Assembly: GCA_965223345.1 (NCBI GenBank)
Contig: CBDCWG010000012.1
Location: forward strand, 3,168,001 to 3,232,000
Direction of reading: 5' to 3'
DNA length: 64,000 nt
Source: Nitrospinales bacterium
GTDB taxonomy: Bacteria > Nitrospinota > Nitrospinia > Nitrospinales > VA-1
Shown here one piece after another: positions 21,174 through 30,894 of this stretch (position 1 is its first letter; every line of letters starts with the position of its first letter). The notes under the pieces are model-generated. The model was not told the DNA's origin, made no database searches, and saw nothing but the letters and a program-made list of their open reading frames with translations. The translations under genes and the position numbers were made by a program.

Positions 21174-21974
21174 TTAAGGCGCGGGAAACAACTCCGCGGT
21201 CCTGCCCGTGATCCGGTAGATGAAAAGCCCGGCCCACTCGTGCAGCGCGCTCGACACCATGCCCACCCGGGTCAGACCCGGCCAGGCCCAGTCGGCGGTC
21301 AGGTTGCCGGAGGTGTCGTAGTCCACCGGATAGGCGAGCACATTCCAGCCGATCTTGCGGAACACCCCCACCGCACGCGGTATGTGGCTCGCCGAGGTCA
21401 CGAGAAGCCAGGTCTCCTGCGGTTTCGGGTTTGCCAGCGCGAAGGCGTTTTTGGCGTTCTCGATGGTGTTGCGCGACTTGGCGTCAAACTGCACCCGGTT
21501 GAGATCGAGCCCCAGCTCTTCGAACAGTTTGCGGGCGGCGATGCTGGCGTTCAAATTCCGACGCCTCAGATTGCCGATGCCGCCGGTGTGAATCAGGCGC
21601 GCATCCGGATACCGGCGGGCGAGGGAAACGAAAGCGGTGAGCCGCTCGCCCGCTTCCGTGAACGAGGGCTGGTTGCGGGTCTCGGTGATGTGGGACATTT
21701 CCGCGCCCCCGAGCACGACGATGCCCGCGACCTTTTCGGGAAGCGGCCTGGGCTGCGGGAAGCGGCCTTCCAGCGGCTTGAGCAGCAGGTGGTCCCAGGG
21801 GAAAACGGTCAACACGAACAGCAGCGATGCGGCGAGCGTGATTATTTTTTTGCCCAGCTCGTTGCGCGTGGTCCACAACAGGACCGCGCCCGCCACAAAC
21901 AGGATGAGCAGCAGCTTGTCCGGCGAGAGAAACAGCCACAAGGTTTTCGAGGTCACCCAGAACAGGGTTTCCAT
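21174..21974 (-). CDS. YdcF/DUF218 (ElyC-like) protein
   Basis: IVVLGG, TGG, SRNTIENA, LVTSASHIPRA, LHEWAG. Confidence 0.9.
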   Translation of the reverse strand: METLFWVTSKTLWLFLSPDKLLLILFVAGAVLLWTTRNELGKKIITLAASLLFVLTVFPWDHLLLKPLEGRFPQPRPLPEKVAGIVVLGGAEMSHITETRNQPSFTEAGERLTAFVSLARRYPDARLIHTGGIGNLRRRNLNASIAARKLFEELGLDLNRVQFDAKSRNTIENAKNAFALANPKPQETWLLVTSASHIPRAVGVFRKIGWNVLAYPVDYDTSGNLTADWAWPGLTRVGMVSSALHEWAGLFIYRITGRTAELFPAP

Positions 21975-22020
21975 AGCGTCCTTTCAGTATGAGCGATCGG
22001 ATCGGGGTCCGGGGCGGCGC

Positions 22021-23238
22021 TCAGCGTTTGGCGAGCTGCCTCAACTCCAGCAGGTCCGCGCCATTGTACCCCAGGAAATAAAGTATGAGTTCCAGGTTGG
22101 AGGTGGTGATGCTGGCGCGCGCGTGTTTTTCGACGATGGGTTTCGCGTTGAAGGCGATGCCGAGACCGGCGCGGGCCAGCATGTGGATGTCGTTGGCGCC
22201 GTCGCCGACGGCGACCACCTGCTGCAGCGAGACGCCTTCCCTCTGCGCGATGGAAACCAGGATCTTCTCCTTGGCCCGCGCATCGACGATCTCCCCCGCC
22301 AGCTCGCCAGTCACTCTGCCGCCGTCGATCTGAAGCTGGTTGGCGATGCCGTGGTGCAATCCGTATTTATTGCGGAAGCGGTCGATGAAAAACTGAAAGC
22401 CACCGCTGACGATGGCGATCTTGTAGCCCAGGTGCTTGAGGATGGCGACCAGGTCTTCGGCTCCGGGGGTCAGGGGGATGCGGTCGGCGAGTGCCTCGAG
22501 TTTCTCTACGGACAATCCGCGCAACAGCCGCACCCGTTGCCTGAGCGCGTCGGTGAAATCCATCGTCCCCTCCATCGCCTGCCGGGTGATGGCCGCCATC
22601 TGTTCGCCGACGCCCGCCAGTTTTCCCAGCTCGTCGATGACCTCGCATTGCAGGAACGTCATGTCCGCATCGAACACGATCAGGCGCTTGTTGCGGCGGA
22701 ACAGCGTGTCGTCCTGCACGGCGAGGTCGATGCTGAAGGCTTCCTTGAATTCCATCAGGGCGTTGAACACATCGACGCTGGAATGCGCCTCGCGGGTGCC
22801 GATGACGAATTCGAGCACGTGCTGATCGCCGTAGTCGAGCTGTTCGATGCGCAGGATGTTGATGTCACGCGCGGCCAGGTCGCGCGTGAGCTCAAGCAAC
22901 ACGGGCGTCTCGATGGTGTCGCGCAGCAGCGTCACGACGGAACGGTGGCGGTACGGCGCGTCGGGCCGGTTGTTGGATTCCCAGGGCGTGACGCCGACCT
23001 TGAGCCCGGCCTGTTTGCCGTATTCATCCAGTTCCTGTTTCAGCGCATCGATGGCGCCGGCGTCTTTGCCTTCAAGCAGGATGGACAGGTTCAGCAGACC
23101 GTTGAACACGAACTGCTTGATGTCGAGCACGCTCCAATCCTGCCGCACGATGTGCTCCAGCGTTTCGGCGAGGATGCCCGGACGGTCCTCCATGGAGATG
23201 TGGATGTGCAGCTGGCATTTGTTGGCGATGGTTTCCAT
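22021..23238 (-). CDS. serB: Phosphoserine phosphatase with ACT domains
   Basis: DRPGI ACT motif; FDADMTFLQCEVIDEL, SGGF, GDGAND. Confidence 0.94.
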   Translation of the reverse strand: METIANKCQLHIHISMEDRPGILAETLEHIVRQDWSVLDIKQFVFNGLLNLSILLEGKDAGAIDALKQELDEYGKQAGLKVGVTPWESNNRPDAPYRHRSVVTLLRDTIETPVLLELTRDLAARDINILRIEQLDYGDQHVLEFVIGTREAHSSVDVFNALMEFKEAFSIDLAVQDDTLFRRNKRLIVFDADMTFLQCEVIDELGKLAGVGEQMAAITRQAMEGTMDFTDALRQRVRLLRGLSVEKLEALADRIPLTPGAEDLVAILKHLGYKIAIVSGGFQFFIDRFRNKYGLHHGIANQLQIDGGRVTGELAGEIVDARAKEKILVSIAQREGVSLQQVVAVGDGANDIHMLARAGLGIAFNAKPIVEKHARASITTSNLELILYFLGYNGADLLELRQLAKR

Positions 23239-23242
23239 GGGG

Positions 23243-23707
23243 TCAGTCGCGCGACTTGTACCTCCACCCTTCCCGCTTCTTGCAGCTCCAGCCGTCGTGC
23301 AGCTGAAACACGGAAAGGTTGTCTAGCGTTGCGGAATTGAACAGGGCCAGCACGCCGGGCCCCTGGATGGGATTGTCGCGGATGTGCAGCCGCTTCAGAA
23401 GAGGCAGGCATCTGGATTGCGCGAGGTGCACGATCCCCGCGTCGGTGACGCCGTTGTTGTTGAGATTGAGGTATTGCACCTTGCTCAGGAATTCGCATTG
23501 CGCCAACTCCTTCACGCCTTCGTCGCCCAGGCGGTTGTCGTCGAGGTCCAGCCAGTTGATCTCCAGCATTTTTTCAGAGCGCCACATGTGGCGCGCGTCC
23601 TCGGGCCCGAGGCCGATGCCGCTCAGCATCAGCTGGTTGCCGCGCATCCGGCCTTCGAAGATGGCCGCGGCGCTTTCGTACTTGGTCTTCGCATTCATGT
23701 TGCTCAT
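23243..23707 (-). CDS. Small leucine-rich-repeat protein (RI-like)
   Basis: Repeats LDLDDNRLGDEGVKELA / LNLNNNGVTDAGIVHLA / LHIRDNPIQGPGV. Confidence 0.8.
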   Translation of the reverse strand: MSNMNAKTKYESAAAIFEGRMRGNQLMLSGIGLGPEDARHMWRSEKMLEINWLDLDDNRLGDEGVKELAQCEFLSKVQYLNLNNNGVTDAGIVHLAQSRCLPLLKRLHIRDNPIQGPGVLALFNSATLDNLSVFQLHDGWSCKKREGWRYKSRD

Positions 23708-23791
23708 CCTGTTTCGCGGTATCGGACTAAAAGGTTTATTAATAACGAAAAATCCCGCCGGGGACAAGGACGCATTGCAAAAAGCGCCGCT

Positions 23792-25099
23792 TCACGCGGA
23801 ATCGTCGGATTCGGATTGCGGATCCTTGGGGCCGGGAGGCACGTATTTGCGGCCGCTGAGCTCCTCAGGCAGGTATTCCTGCTCGACCCGGCTTTCGGGG
23901 TAGTCGTGCGGGTACTTGTAATCCACACCGTAGCCGTATTTTTTCGCGTCGCGGTAATGCGCGTCCTTGAGGTGGTCGGGCACGGGGTAGGACTCGCCCT
24001 TGTTCTGGATGTCGTCCAGGGCGCGGTCGATGGCCGTGATGGCCGCGTTGTCCTTGGGCGCGCGCGCGACGTAGATCACCGCCTGCGCCAGCGGGATGCG
24101 CGCCTCGGGCCAGCCCAGCCGCTCCACCGCATCGGCGGCTGCGTTGGCGAGCACGAGCGCCATGGGATCCGCAAGCCCCACGTCCTCGGCGGCGGTGACG
24201 ACCAACCGGCGGGTGATGAAACGCGGGTCCTCGCCGCCGGCGATCATCTTCGCCAGCCAGTAGATGGCGGCGTCCGCATCGGAGCCGCGCAGGCTCTTCT
24301 GAAACGCCGAGGCGTGATCGTAATGCTCGGTGCCACCCTTTTCGTACAGCACGGCGGCGCGCTGGATGATCCCCTCGATCGTCTCTTTGCTTATGGGGGT
24401 GTTGCGATCGCTCTCTCCCGACACGTCGCTTGCGGCTTCCAGCACGTTGAGCGCCCGGCGGGCGTCGCCGTTGGCGTGGCTGACGATCAGGTTCAGCGCG
24501 TCTTCATCGAAGACCGGGGCGTTCTCGCCCAGCCCGCGGGTCTTGTCGGCGATGGCGCGCTCGAGAAGCGTGCGGATGCCCTCGCGGCTGAGGTATTCCA
24601 GGCGGAAGATCTGGCAGCGCGAACGCAGCGCCGGGATCACTTCGTGCGACGGGTTTTCGGTGGTGGAACCGACCAGCCTGAGGGTGCCGTTTTCCACGTG
24701 CGGCAGCACGGCGTCCTGCTGCGCCTTGTTGAAGCGGTGGATCTCGTCGATGAACAGCAGCGTGCGTCCGCCGTTGGCCTTGCGCCGCTTTTCCGCCTGC
24801 TGGACGATCTTGCGGATGTCGGCGACGCCGGCGTTGACGGCGCTGATCTCGTGAAATTCGCTTTGCGTCAGGCGCGCGGTGATGCGGGCGAGCGTCGTCT
24901 TGCCGGAACCGGGCGGCCCCCACAATATGAAGGAAAACCCGGAGCCGCTTTCGATCAGTTTTCTCAGCGGACGCCCCTCGCCCACCAGATGCTCCTGGCC
25001 GAGAAACTCCTCCCAGCCTGCGGGACGCATGCGGTCGGGCAGCGGCGACCAGCCGGGGGCCGCGCCCTCGGATTCTTCGTATTCGGGAAACAGTTCCAT
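23792..25099 (-). CDS. rarA: Replication-associated recombination protein A (AAA+)
   Basis: PLPDRMRP, WGPPGSGKTT, FIDEIHRFNKAQQD, KSLRGSD, EDVGLADP. Confidence 0.95.
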   Translation of the reverse strand: MELFPEYEESEGAAPGWSPLPDRMRPAGWEEFLGQEHLVGEGRPLRKLIESGSGFSFILWGPPGSGKTTLARITARLTQSEFHEISAVNAGVADIRKIVQQAEKRRKANGGRTLLFIDEIHRFNKAQQDAVLPHVENGTLRLVGSTTENPSHEVIPALRSRCQIFRLEYLSREGIRTLLERAIADKTRGLGENAPVFDEDALNLIVSHANGDARRALNVLEAASDVSGESDRNTPISKETIEGIIQRAAVLYEKGGTEHYDHASAFQKSLRGSDADAAIYWLAKMIAGGEDPRFITRRLVVTAAEDVGLADPMALVLANAAADAVERLGWPEARIPLAQAVIYVARAPKDNAAITAIDRALDDIQNKGESYPVPDHLKDAHYRDAKKYGYGVDYKYPHDYPESRVEQEYLPEELSGRKYVPPGPKDPQSESDDSA

Positions 25100-25142
25100 C
25101 GATCGGACACCTTCGGGAAGGACCGGCGGCGCGGGCTCGGAG

Positions 25143-26825
25143 TCAGACGTCCATCTTCTTCAGGGCTTCGATGCCGCGCTTGAGCGGCAGGAAGGTGACA
25201 GCAAGGGTCAGCACGAAAATCAGGGTGTAGCAGATGGGGACGTCCAGACCGCCCACGCTTTTGAACAGAAATTTTTCGTTGAAATGCACGTACATGGGTC
25301 TTCCGACCAGCATCAGCACGGCGGCGATGTACGCGAGGCTGCTGGTCATGTACAGGATGCCGCCGGTGCCGGCGGGAATCTCGGAAATGTTTTCGTGCTC
25401 GAACATGGGATACATCGCGCCCAGCCCGAGCCCCAGCCCCACAAGGCCCGCCGTGACCAGAAAAATGCTGACGATGGAGACATTCATAACATAGGCGTCC
25501 ACCTGAAGCAACCAGTTGGAAACGACGACGAGAAACTCCGCCACGAACAAAAGCGGCGGGAAAAACATCCAGAACTTGCTCCAGAGAAATTTCTTCATTT
25601 CCACCGGCGCGGTGTAGATCGTCCAGATCTTGCGGCCCTCGATGCTGGTGGCGGTGAACACGAAGCGGGCACAGAGCGCGGAGAGCACAAACCCCACCAG
25701 CCCGATGTTCAGCACGGACACGACATTCTTGAGCACCACGTTGTGCAGGGGCAGGTTCATGATGTTGAAGATGTAGACGAACACCAGGGCGCAGAGGATG
25801 AAGATCTGCGACCACTGTTCCGGATCGCGCGCGAACACGCGCAGATCCTTCATCAGCAGGGCGCGCCGTTCGGGCGAAACGGGCAGCCACTCAAGAAACG
25901 CACTCAGGCGGAATTTGGAACCGGTGCCGCCCACCGGGGCGTTTTTCACTTCCTGCACCATGCACCAGCCGTCGAAATAGATCCTGCGGGCGAGGGCCCA
26001 CAACACCACCAGCGATCCTGCCGCCGCGCCGTAGAGATACAAAAGCTGCCGGCCCGCGGTGCCGGTGTCGCCCTCTACCCAGCTCGCAAGGCCGAGCGTC
26101 ATCCAGCTGCTGGGCAGAAAGGGATAGTCGGGAACCCGCAGGCTTTCGACGAACACCATGATCTGCGCGTCGGACACCTCGCGGCCAAAAAACTTTTCCG
26201 GGGAAAGAAACCTGAGATACACGATCAGCCCCACCAGAACCACAAGCCCGAGAAAGGAAAGCACTTGGTGCGCCTTCTTGGTCGGGAAATAACGCATCAA
26301 CAGCAGGATGAAGGCGCAGCCGAAGATGCAGGGAATCATCACGTAGGGCACGATACCGGCGAGCAGGTAGAGATAGTATTTCCAATCGACGCTGTGAAAA
26401 TGCCCGTACGCCACGAAGATGGGCAGGCCGAACAAAAGCATCATCCACGAGCTGTGCAGGACCGACTGGTAAAAGCGCGCGAAAAACACCGATCCTGTGG
26501 GAACCGGCAAAGAATGCGTGAGCGGCAGGTCGCGCGCCAGGAAAAACACCGACAGGCAGACGATGAGGCTGGAGAACAGCACCATCACCATCAGGGTCAG
26601 AAAGATCACGTTCAACATCTGCACGATCAGTTCGTCGCCGACGTTGAGCGGCAGCCCGTCGAAGTAACGGATGATGCGCAGGAAAAACCAGAAATCCGCC
26701 GCCACGAACAGCGCCGCCAGCACGGAGATGAACACCCAGCGGAACCGCTTGCCGCGTGAGGGCCTGAGCAGACTGTTTTTGAAAGAGAGCCAGCGGAGAC
26801 GGAATAGCGTTGCGATCTGCCCCAT
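25143..26825 (-). CDS. Putative ABC-2-type exporter permease (many TMs)
   Basis: About 12 hydrophobic segments; KDLRVFARDPEQWSQ, ARFVF..SIEGR..W motifs. Confidence 0.75.
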   Translation of the reverse strand: MGQIATLFRLRWLSFKNSLLRPSRGKRFRWVFISVLAALFVAADFWFFLRIIRYFDGLPLNVGDELIVQMLNVIFLTLMVMVLFSSLIVCLSVFFLARDLPLTHSLPVPTGSVFFARFYQSVLHSSWMMLLFGLPIFVAYGHFHSVDWKYYLYLLAGIVPYVMIPCIFGCAFILLLMRYFPTKKAHQVLSFLGLVVLVGLIVYLRFLSPEKFFGREVSDAQIMVFVESLRVPDYPFLPSSWMTLGLASWVEGDTGTAGRQLLYLYGAAAGSLVVLWALARRIYFDGWCMVQEVKNAPVGGTGSKFRLSAFLEWLPVSPERRALLMKDLRVFARDPEQWSQIFILCALVFVYIFNIMNLPLHNVVLKNVVSVLNIGLVGFVLSALCARFVFTATSIEGRKIWTIYTAPVEMKKFLWSKFWMFFPPLLFVAEFLVVVSNWLLQVDAYVMNVSIVSIFLVTAGLVGLGLGLGAMYPMFEHENISEIPAGTGGILYMTSSLAYIAAVLMLVGRPMYVHFNEKFLFKSVGGLDVPICYTLIFVLTLAVTFLPLKRGIEALKKMDV

Positions 26826-27062
26826 GAAATCGTCCTTTCCTGCGGTGAAATCCGGATTTACGACGGGAAACGCTGCGGGAAAATCATGTCCCAGAATCGC
26901 ACAGGAATGGCCCCTACGCAACCACTTTTCAATGAGTTATAGCATCCAAAGCGGGCCCTTCCGGCGATGCATTTTCATCGCAGGCGAAAGACACTGAATT
27001 TGCGGGGGAAATGACAGCAGGCGTCCTGAGGAAGTTCGCTTGGAAAATACTTTCATGGACAC

Positions 27063-27245
27063 TCATCTTTTAAACACCTTCGCTTGCACTTTTTCCAGTG
27101 TGCGGGAGCAGTCCTGAGCGGTCTGCTCCCACTTCGCGATCTTCTTGCTCAGTCCGCCGGGGACGATCCGCTGGTCGCACAAGATAAATCCGACGAACAG
27201 ACACCACAGGCACAGCACCATCATCAACGTCCAGTGAATCCTCAT
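27063..27245 (-). CDS. Small membrane-anchored hypothetical protein
   Basis: AAGGAG RBS; single N-terminal hydrophobic segment; fills an intergenic gap. Confidence 0.55.
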   Translation of the reverse strand: MRIHWTLMMVLCLWCLFVGFILCDQRIVPGGLSKKIAKWEQTAQDCSRTLEKVQAKVFKR

Positions 27246-27381
27246 AATGCGGGGATGCTCCTTCGGGTTATTTCGGGGTATTCCGTTTTTTCCGGGCCTT
27301 TGGCTAAGGTCTCAGTTTCGCGGCGAAAAGAAAAGGCAGGATTTTAAAACACTGGTAACGTGAGACGCACGCGCCCTGTGG

Positions 27382-28353
27382 TCAAACGATGTTTTCCACC
27401 CAGTTGACGATGACGTAATCGAGCCAGCGCCTGTCGCCGAGCGCGGTGGGACGGCTGGCGATGTAGCCCATGTGGCCGCCACCTTCCGGGGCGTTGAAGG
27501 TGAGGGTGAAGTTTTTCAGCACCGTGTCGAACACTTTGGGCGGGATGAACGGATCGTTCTGGGCGCAGAGGATGGTGGTGGGCACGTGGATGGATTCCAG
27601 AAACTGGTTGGCGCTGCTCTTGGCGTAATACTCCTCCACGTCGCGGAAGCCTGCCGCGGGTGCGGTGTAGACGACGTCGAAATCGCGGATGGTGCGGTAA
27701 TCGGACTTGGGTTTGTACGCCTCCGGGAAACATTCCAGCATGGCCTCGGCCTGGCGGCGCAGCAGCTTCACATAGTAGTTGTTGAAGGTGGAGGAGCCGT
27801 TGTCGCTGGAGAGGATCTCGCTGCTGATTTTCAGATCGACCGGCGGGTTGACGGCGAACGCGCCGTGGATGTTGGTGGGGACCTTGCGGCCTTCGCCCAG
27901 ATACTTGAGCAGAATGTTGCCGCTCAGGGAAAACCCCACCATGAGGATCGCCCGGCGGGGATACAACTCCAGCACATACTGCACCAGCTTGTCGAGATCG
28001 TCGCTGGAACCGCCGTGCCACAGGCTGGCGCTCAGCCCCATTCCGGGGCCGCTGCCGCGGTGGTTCATCATGATGACGCCGACGCCGCGGTCCCACAGCC
28101 GCCCCGCGATGCGCCGCATGTAGCCGGATTCGGAACAGCCTCCCATGCCGTGCGCCAGGATGACCAGCGGCTTGTGGGGGTCCTGCCCTTCCAGCTCCAG
28201 CGCCAGCACCACGGCGTCCTTGCCCACCGGGATCTTGTGGGTTTTGCGCTGCGGCAGGTTCGTGCTGCCGGCCGCCTTGGCGCCGACCACGGTCTGCAAC
28301 CAGCCGCCGCGCACCAGCCAGTGTTCCTTGAAAGGCTCCAGGGTGTCTTCCAT
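27382..28353 (-). CDS. YheT-like alpha/beta hydrolase
   Basis: GGWLQT, HGMGG, GFSLSG nucleophile, DPFIP, GGHMGY; AGGAG RBS. Confidence 0.9.
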   Translation of the reverse strand: MEDTLEPFKEHWLVRGGWLQTVVGAKAAGSTNLPQRKTHKIPVGKDAVVLALELEGQDPHKPLVILAHGMGGCSESGYMRRIAGRLWDRGVGVIMMNHRGSGPGMGLSASLWHGGSSDDLDKLVQYVLELYPRRAILMVGFSLSGNILLKYLGEGRKVPTNIHGAFAVNPPVDLKISSEILSSDNGSSTFNNYYVKLLRRQAEAMLECFPEAYKPKSDYRTIRDFDVVYTAPAAGFRDVEEYYAKSSANQFLESIHVPTTILCAQNDPFIPPKVFDTVLKNFTLTFNAPEGGGHMGYIASRPTALGDRRWLDYVIVNWVENIV

Positions 28354-28372
28354 CGCTCCTCGTTCACCGTAA

Positions 28373-28401
28373 GGGAATAATCCCCACGCCTTCCGTATCT
28401 T
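28373..28401 (+). promoter_or_regulatory. Candidate ECF sigma promoter GGGAATAA-N14-GTATCTT
   Basis: Same bipartite motif at 49309, 60311 (-) and 61079. Confidence 0.6.
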
Positions 28402-28488
28402 ATCAGATATCCCGGCTCCAGGCATCTCCCTTCGGCACAGGGAAACGAGGGGAAAATTTGCGGCGGCGGACCCGGTGCGCAGCCTTTG

Positions 28489-28517
28489 TTGACACACCGG
28501 CGCGGGATTGCTAGATT
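28489..28517 (+). promoter_or_regulatory. sigma70-like promoter TTGACA-17-TAGATT with extended -10 TG
   Basis: Exact -35, correct spacing, about 40 bp upstream of ATG 28558. Confidence 0.6.
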
Positions 28518-28557
28518 GTTGTTTCCTCAATCTATTCTGCGAATCGTTTTTGAACTC

Positions 28558-29937
28558 ATGACTCCCGATTTCATCCGTAATACACACCTTAGAGCCGGCT
28601 GGTTTGTTCTGCCGCTGCTGTTTATCTGTCTCCTGTTTCCGCGCATCTCTTTGGCGTCGGCGACAACGGAATCGCAATCGCATTACAAGGAAGGCGTGCG
28701 CTTCAGCCTGGCCAAGAAATGGCCGGATGCGGCGCAGGCGTTCCAGAAGGCGGTCATGGCGGACCCGGACTACGCCCTCGCCTACGCGAACCTGGGCGTC
28801 GCCCTCAGCCAGATGGGGCAGCACAAGGAAGCGCTGCTGTCGTTCGAGGAAGCGCTGCGCAAAGGCTACGACGATCCGCACCTGCGCTACAACCGCGGCA
28901 TCTCCTTTGGCAAAGTGAACCTGCTGGAAGAAGCGGAAGCGGAGATGAAGCAGGCGCTCAAGCTCAACCCGCGAATGGTCAAGGCGGATTTCGATCTCGG
29001 CGTCATCTACATCCTGCAGGAACGTTTCGACGCGGCGCGCGCCCAGGTGGACGCGCTGTACCCGCGCAACGAGAAGCTGGCGCGCAAGCTGTTCGAGAAA
29101 ATCCCGCCGCAGTACAAAGTGGTGCAGGTGAGCGACGGCGGCACGGTGAAAGGACGCGTGACGATGCAGGGAGGCCAGCCGCGGCCGCGGTACTTTCACC
29201 TGATACACGCACCCAATATCGAGTTCTGCTCGCGCATGTCGGACGGCAAGGGGCACCGGCTGCTGTTCGATTTCAAGGTGTCGGAAAACGGCGGCCTCAA
29301 GGACACGGTGATCGCCATCCAGGGCGTCGCCAAAGGCAAACCGTTTCCCTCGAAACTGCCGTCTATCAATATTTCCCGCTGCCACGCCGACCAGTACGTG
29401 ATCGGCATCCGCAACGGCGAGAACTTGCTGCTGCAGAACACCGACCCCATCCGCCATGAAATCGCCACCTACGAAAAAAACCACGACGGCTACATCAGCC
29501 AGAAAACCAACAAGCCGGTGGACAAGCAGACCAGCCAGGTGCGCAACGCCTTCGTGGACAAACGCTCGCAGGAGTTTCTCATCAAGTGCAACCTGCACCC
29601 GTTTCTGCAGACGCGCGGCTTCCTGGTGGACAACCCCTACTTCGCCGTGTCCGACGCGGAGGGCAACTTCACCGTGAACGACGTGCCGCCGGGCACCTAC
29701 GACGTGGTGGCCTGGCACCCCTTCATCCCGACGCAGACCGGCACCGTCACCGTGACGGCGGGCGGCGAAGCGACACTGGATTTCACGTTTAAGAGCGAAG
29801 ACGAGCGCCGCAAACTCTACCACGACGACATCAAGGGCTACCGCTTCAACACGTGGTTCGACAGCAAGGAAAAATTCTACGGCGGCCCGCGCATCGACGA
29901 CCCCGTGGAAGTGCTGCAGGTGTACGCAGAGGAGTGA
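28558..29937 (+). CDS. Secreted TPR protein fused to a cupredoxin-like / carboxypeptidase-regulatory-like module
   Basis: Signal peptide, about 4 TPRs, then DPIRHE...KCNLHPFL and NPYFAVSDAEGNF..VPPGTY..AWHP; homologous to 50290-51141. Confidence 0.75.
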   Translation: MTPDFIRNTHLRAGWFVLPLLFICLLFPRISLASATTESQSHYKEGVRFSLAKKWPDAAQAFQKAVMADPDYALAYANLGVALSQMGQHKEALLSFEEALRKGYDDPHLRYNRGISFGKVNLLEEAEAEMKQALKLNPRMVKADFDLGVIYILQERFDAARAQVDALYPRNEKLARKLFEKIPPQYKVVQVSDGGTVKGRVTMQGGQPRPRYFHLIHAPNIEFCSRMSDGKGHRLLFDFKVSENGGLKDTVIAIQGVAKGKPFPSKLPSINISRCHADQYVIGIRNGENLLLQNTDPIRHEIATYEKNHDGYISQKTNKPVDKQTSQVRNAFVDKRSQEFLIKCNLHPFLQTRGFLVDNPYFAVSDAEGNFTVNDVPPGTYDVVAWHPFIPTQTGTVTVTAGGEATLDFTFKSEDERRKLYHDDIKGYRFNTWFDSKEKFYGGPRIDDPVEVLQVYAEE

Positions 29938-29982
29938 TCGGGGATTGCGATTGCTCTGATCTTTTGTTAAAGACTGAGGATT

Positions 29983-30171
29983 ATGGGCTACGACCTGCAC
30001 ATCACGCGCAAAAAATATTTCTTCGATGAGGACGGCGAGCGGATCTCCGAGGAAGAACGGCGAAGTCTACACCAGCCCCACCGAGTTCCACCACGAGGAC
30101 GCATCCCCTCCCCCATCCGGCGAGACAAACCCACCTGCAAAAAAATCTTTCTGGAAAAAGTTATTCGGTAA
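29983..30171 (+). pseudogene. Probable truncated hypothetical gene (MGYDLHITR... N-terminus)
   Basis: GAGGA RBS and a protein-like first ~25 codons, then low-complexity non-protein-like sequence. Confidence 0.4.
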
Positions 30172-30191
30172 GAGGTAGCTGCGTTTCCCGC

Positions 30192-30488
30192 TCAACGGTT
30201 TTCTTGAGAGCTGTCCGGCCAGCGGCGGGAGGTGTGGATCACGGCGACGATGTGGATTTCGTCCCCGGACAGGAGGTATACCAACAGGTAGGGCGATCCC
30301 GCAAGAACCAACTCCCGCGTTCCGTCAACGCGGCCGGGCTTTCCCATGTGGGAATGCTGCTTGAGTTTGTGCGCGGCTTCCTGGATACGGAACACCATGC
30401 GCCCCGCGGCCTCGGGATCGTCCTGGCTGATATAAGCATGCAGGTGTTGTAAATCCTGGAGCGCCCGGCGCGTCCAACGCAAGTTCAT
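30192..30488 (-). CDS. Type II TA toxin, RelE/ParE family
   Basis: LRWTRRALQDL..L..YI..DDPEAA...MGKPGRVDGTRELV..PYLLVY...I.IVAVIH. Confidence 0.92.
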   Translation of the reverse strand: MNLRWTRRALQDLQHLHAYISQDDPEAAGRMVFRIQEAAHKLKQHSHMGKPGRVDGTRELVLAGSPYLLVYLLSGDEIHIVAVIHTSRRWPDSSQENR

Positions 30489-30733
30489 GCGGGCTTGCCG
30501 TGCTCATCGAAAAAGTCTTTCACTTCCTCATCGGAAGCGAACTCGTCTTTTCGGGCGGCATCCACACCTTTCTGAATATGCGCGAGCTGCCATTCGTGCA
30601 GTTCGATGTAGTTGTCGAGAGCGTCGTTGATGACCGAGCTCAGATTGGTGCCGAAGGCCTCGGCAATGCGGTCCAGTTTTTCGCGTTTGCCGGCGGCGGT
30701 CACAAACGATATTCGCGGTGAAGGCTTGGGCAT
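30485..30733 (-). CDS. Type II TA antitoxin, CopG/RHH family
   Basis: KLDRIAE...SSVINDALDNYIELHEWQLAHIQKGV...FASDEEV; ATGA overlap with the toxin. Confidence 0.88.
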   Translation of the reverse strand: MPKPSPRISFVTAAGKREKLDRIAEAFGTNLSSVINDALDNYIELHEWQLAHIQKGVDAARKDEFASDEEVKDFFDEHGKPA

Positions 30734-30894
30734 GGGGGTGGCTCCCTCAAATAATAGACTATCATATTATATCATACTAACAGCCGGACACTCCTAAACC
30801 CTTATAAAAAAGGATAAAACTCATCGTCTGTGAGCTGGGGACGGACATTCTGCCCCTAGTGAGGGCATTGCCGCATTGCAACCGGGCTGTTCCC

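Noticed and set aside
21637..26759. Plus-strand ORFs of 567, 599 and 626 aa
   Set aside because: They lie antisense to the YdcF-like gene, serB, the LRR gene, rarA and the permease, which have clear family motifs
27382..30000. 872-aa minus-strand ORF
   Set aside because: Only the last 323 aa (from 28353, with RBS) is a hydrolase; the rest is the antisense shadow of the 28558-29937 gene
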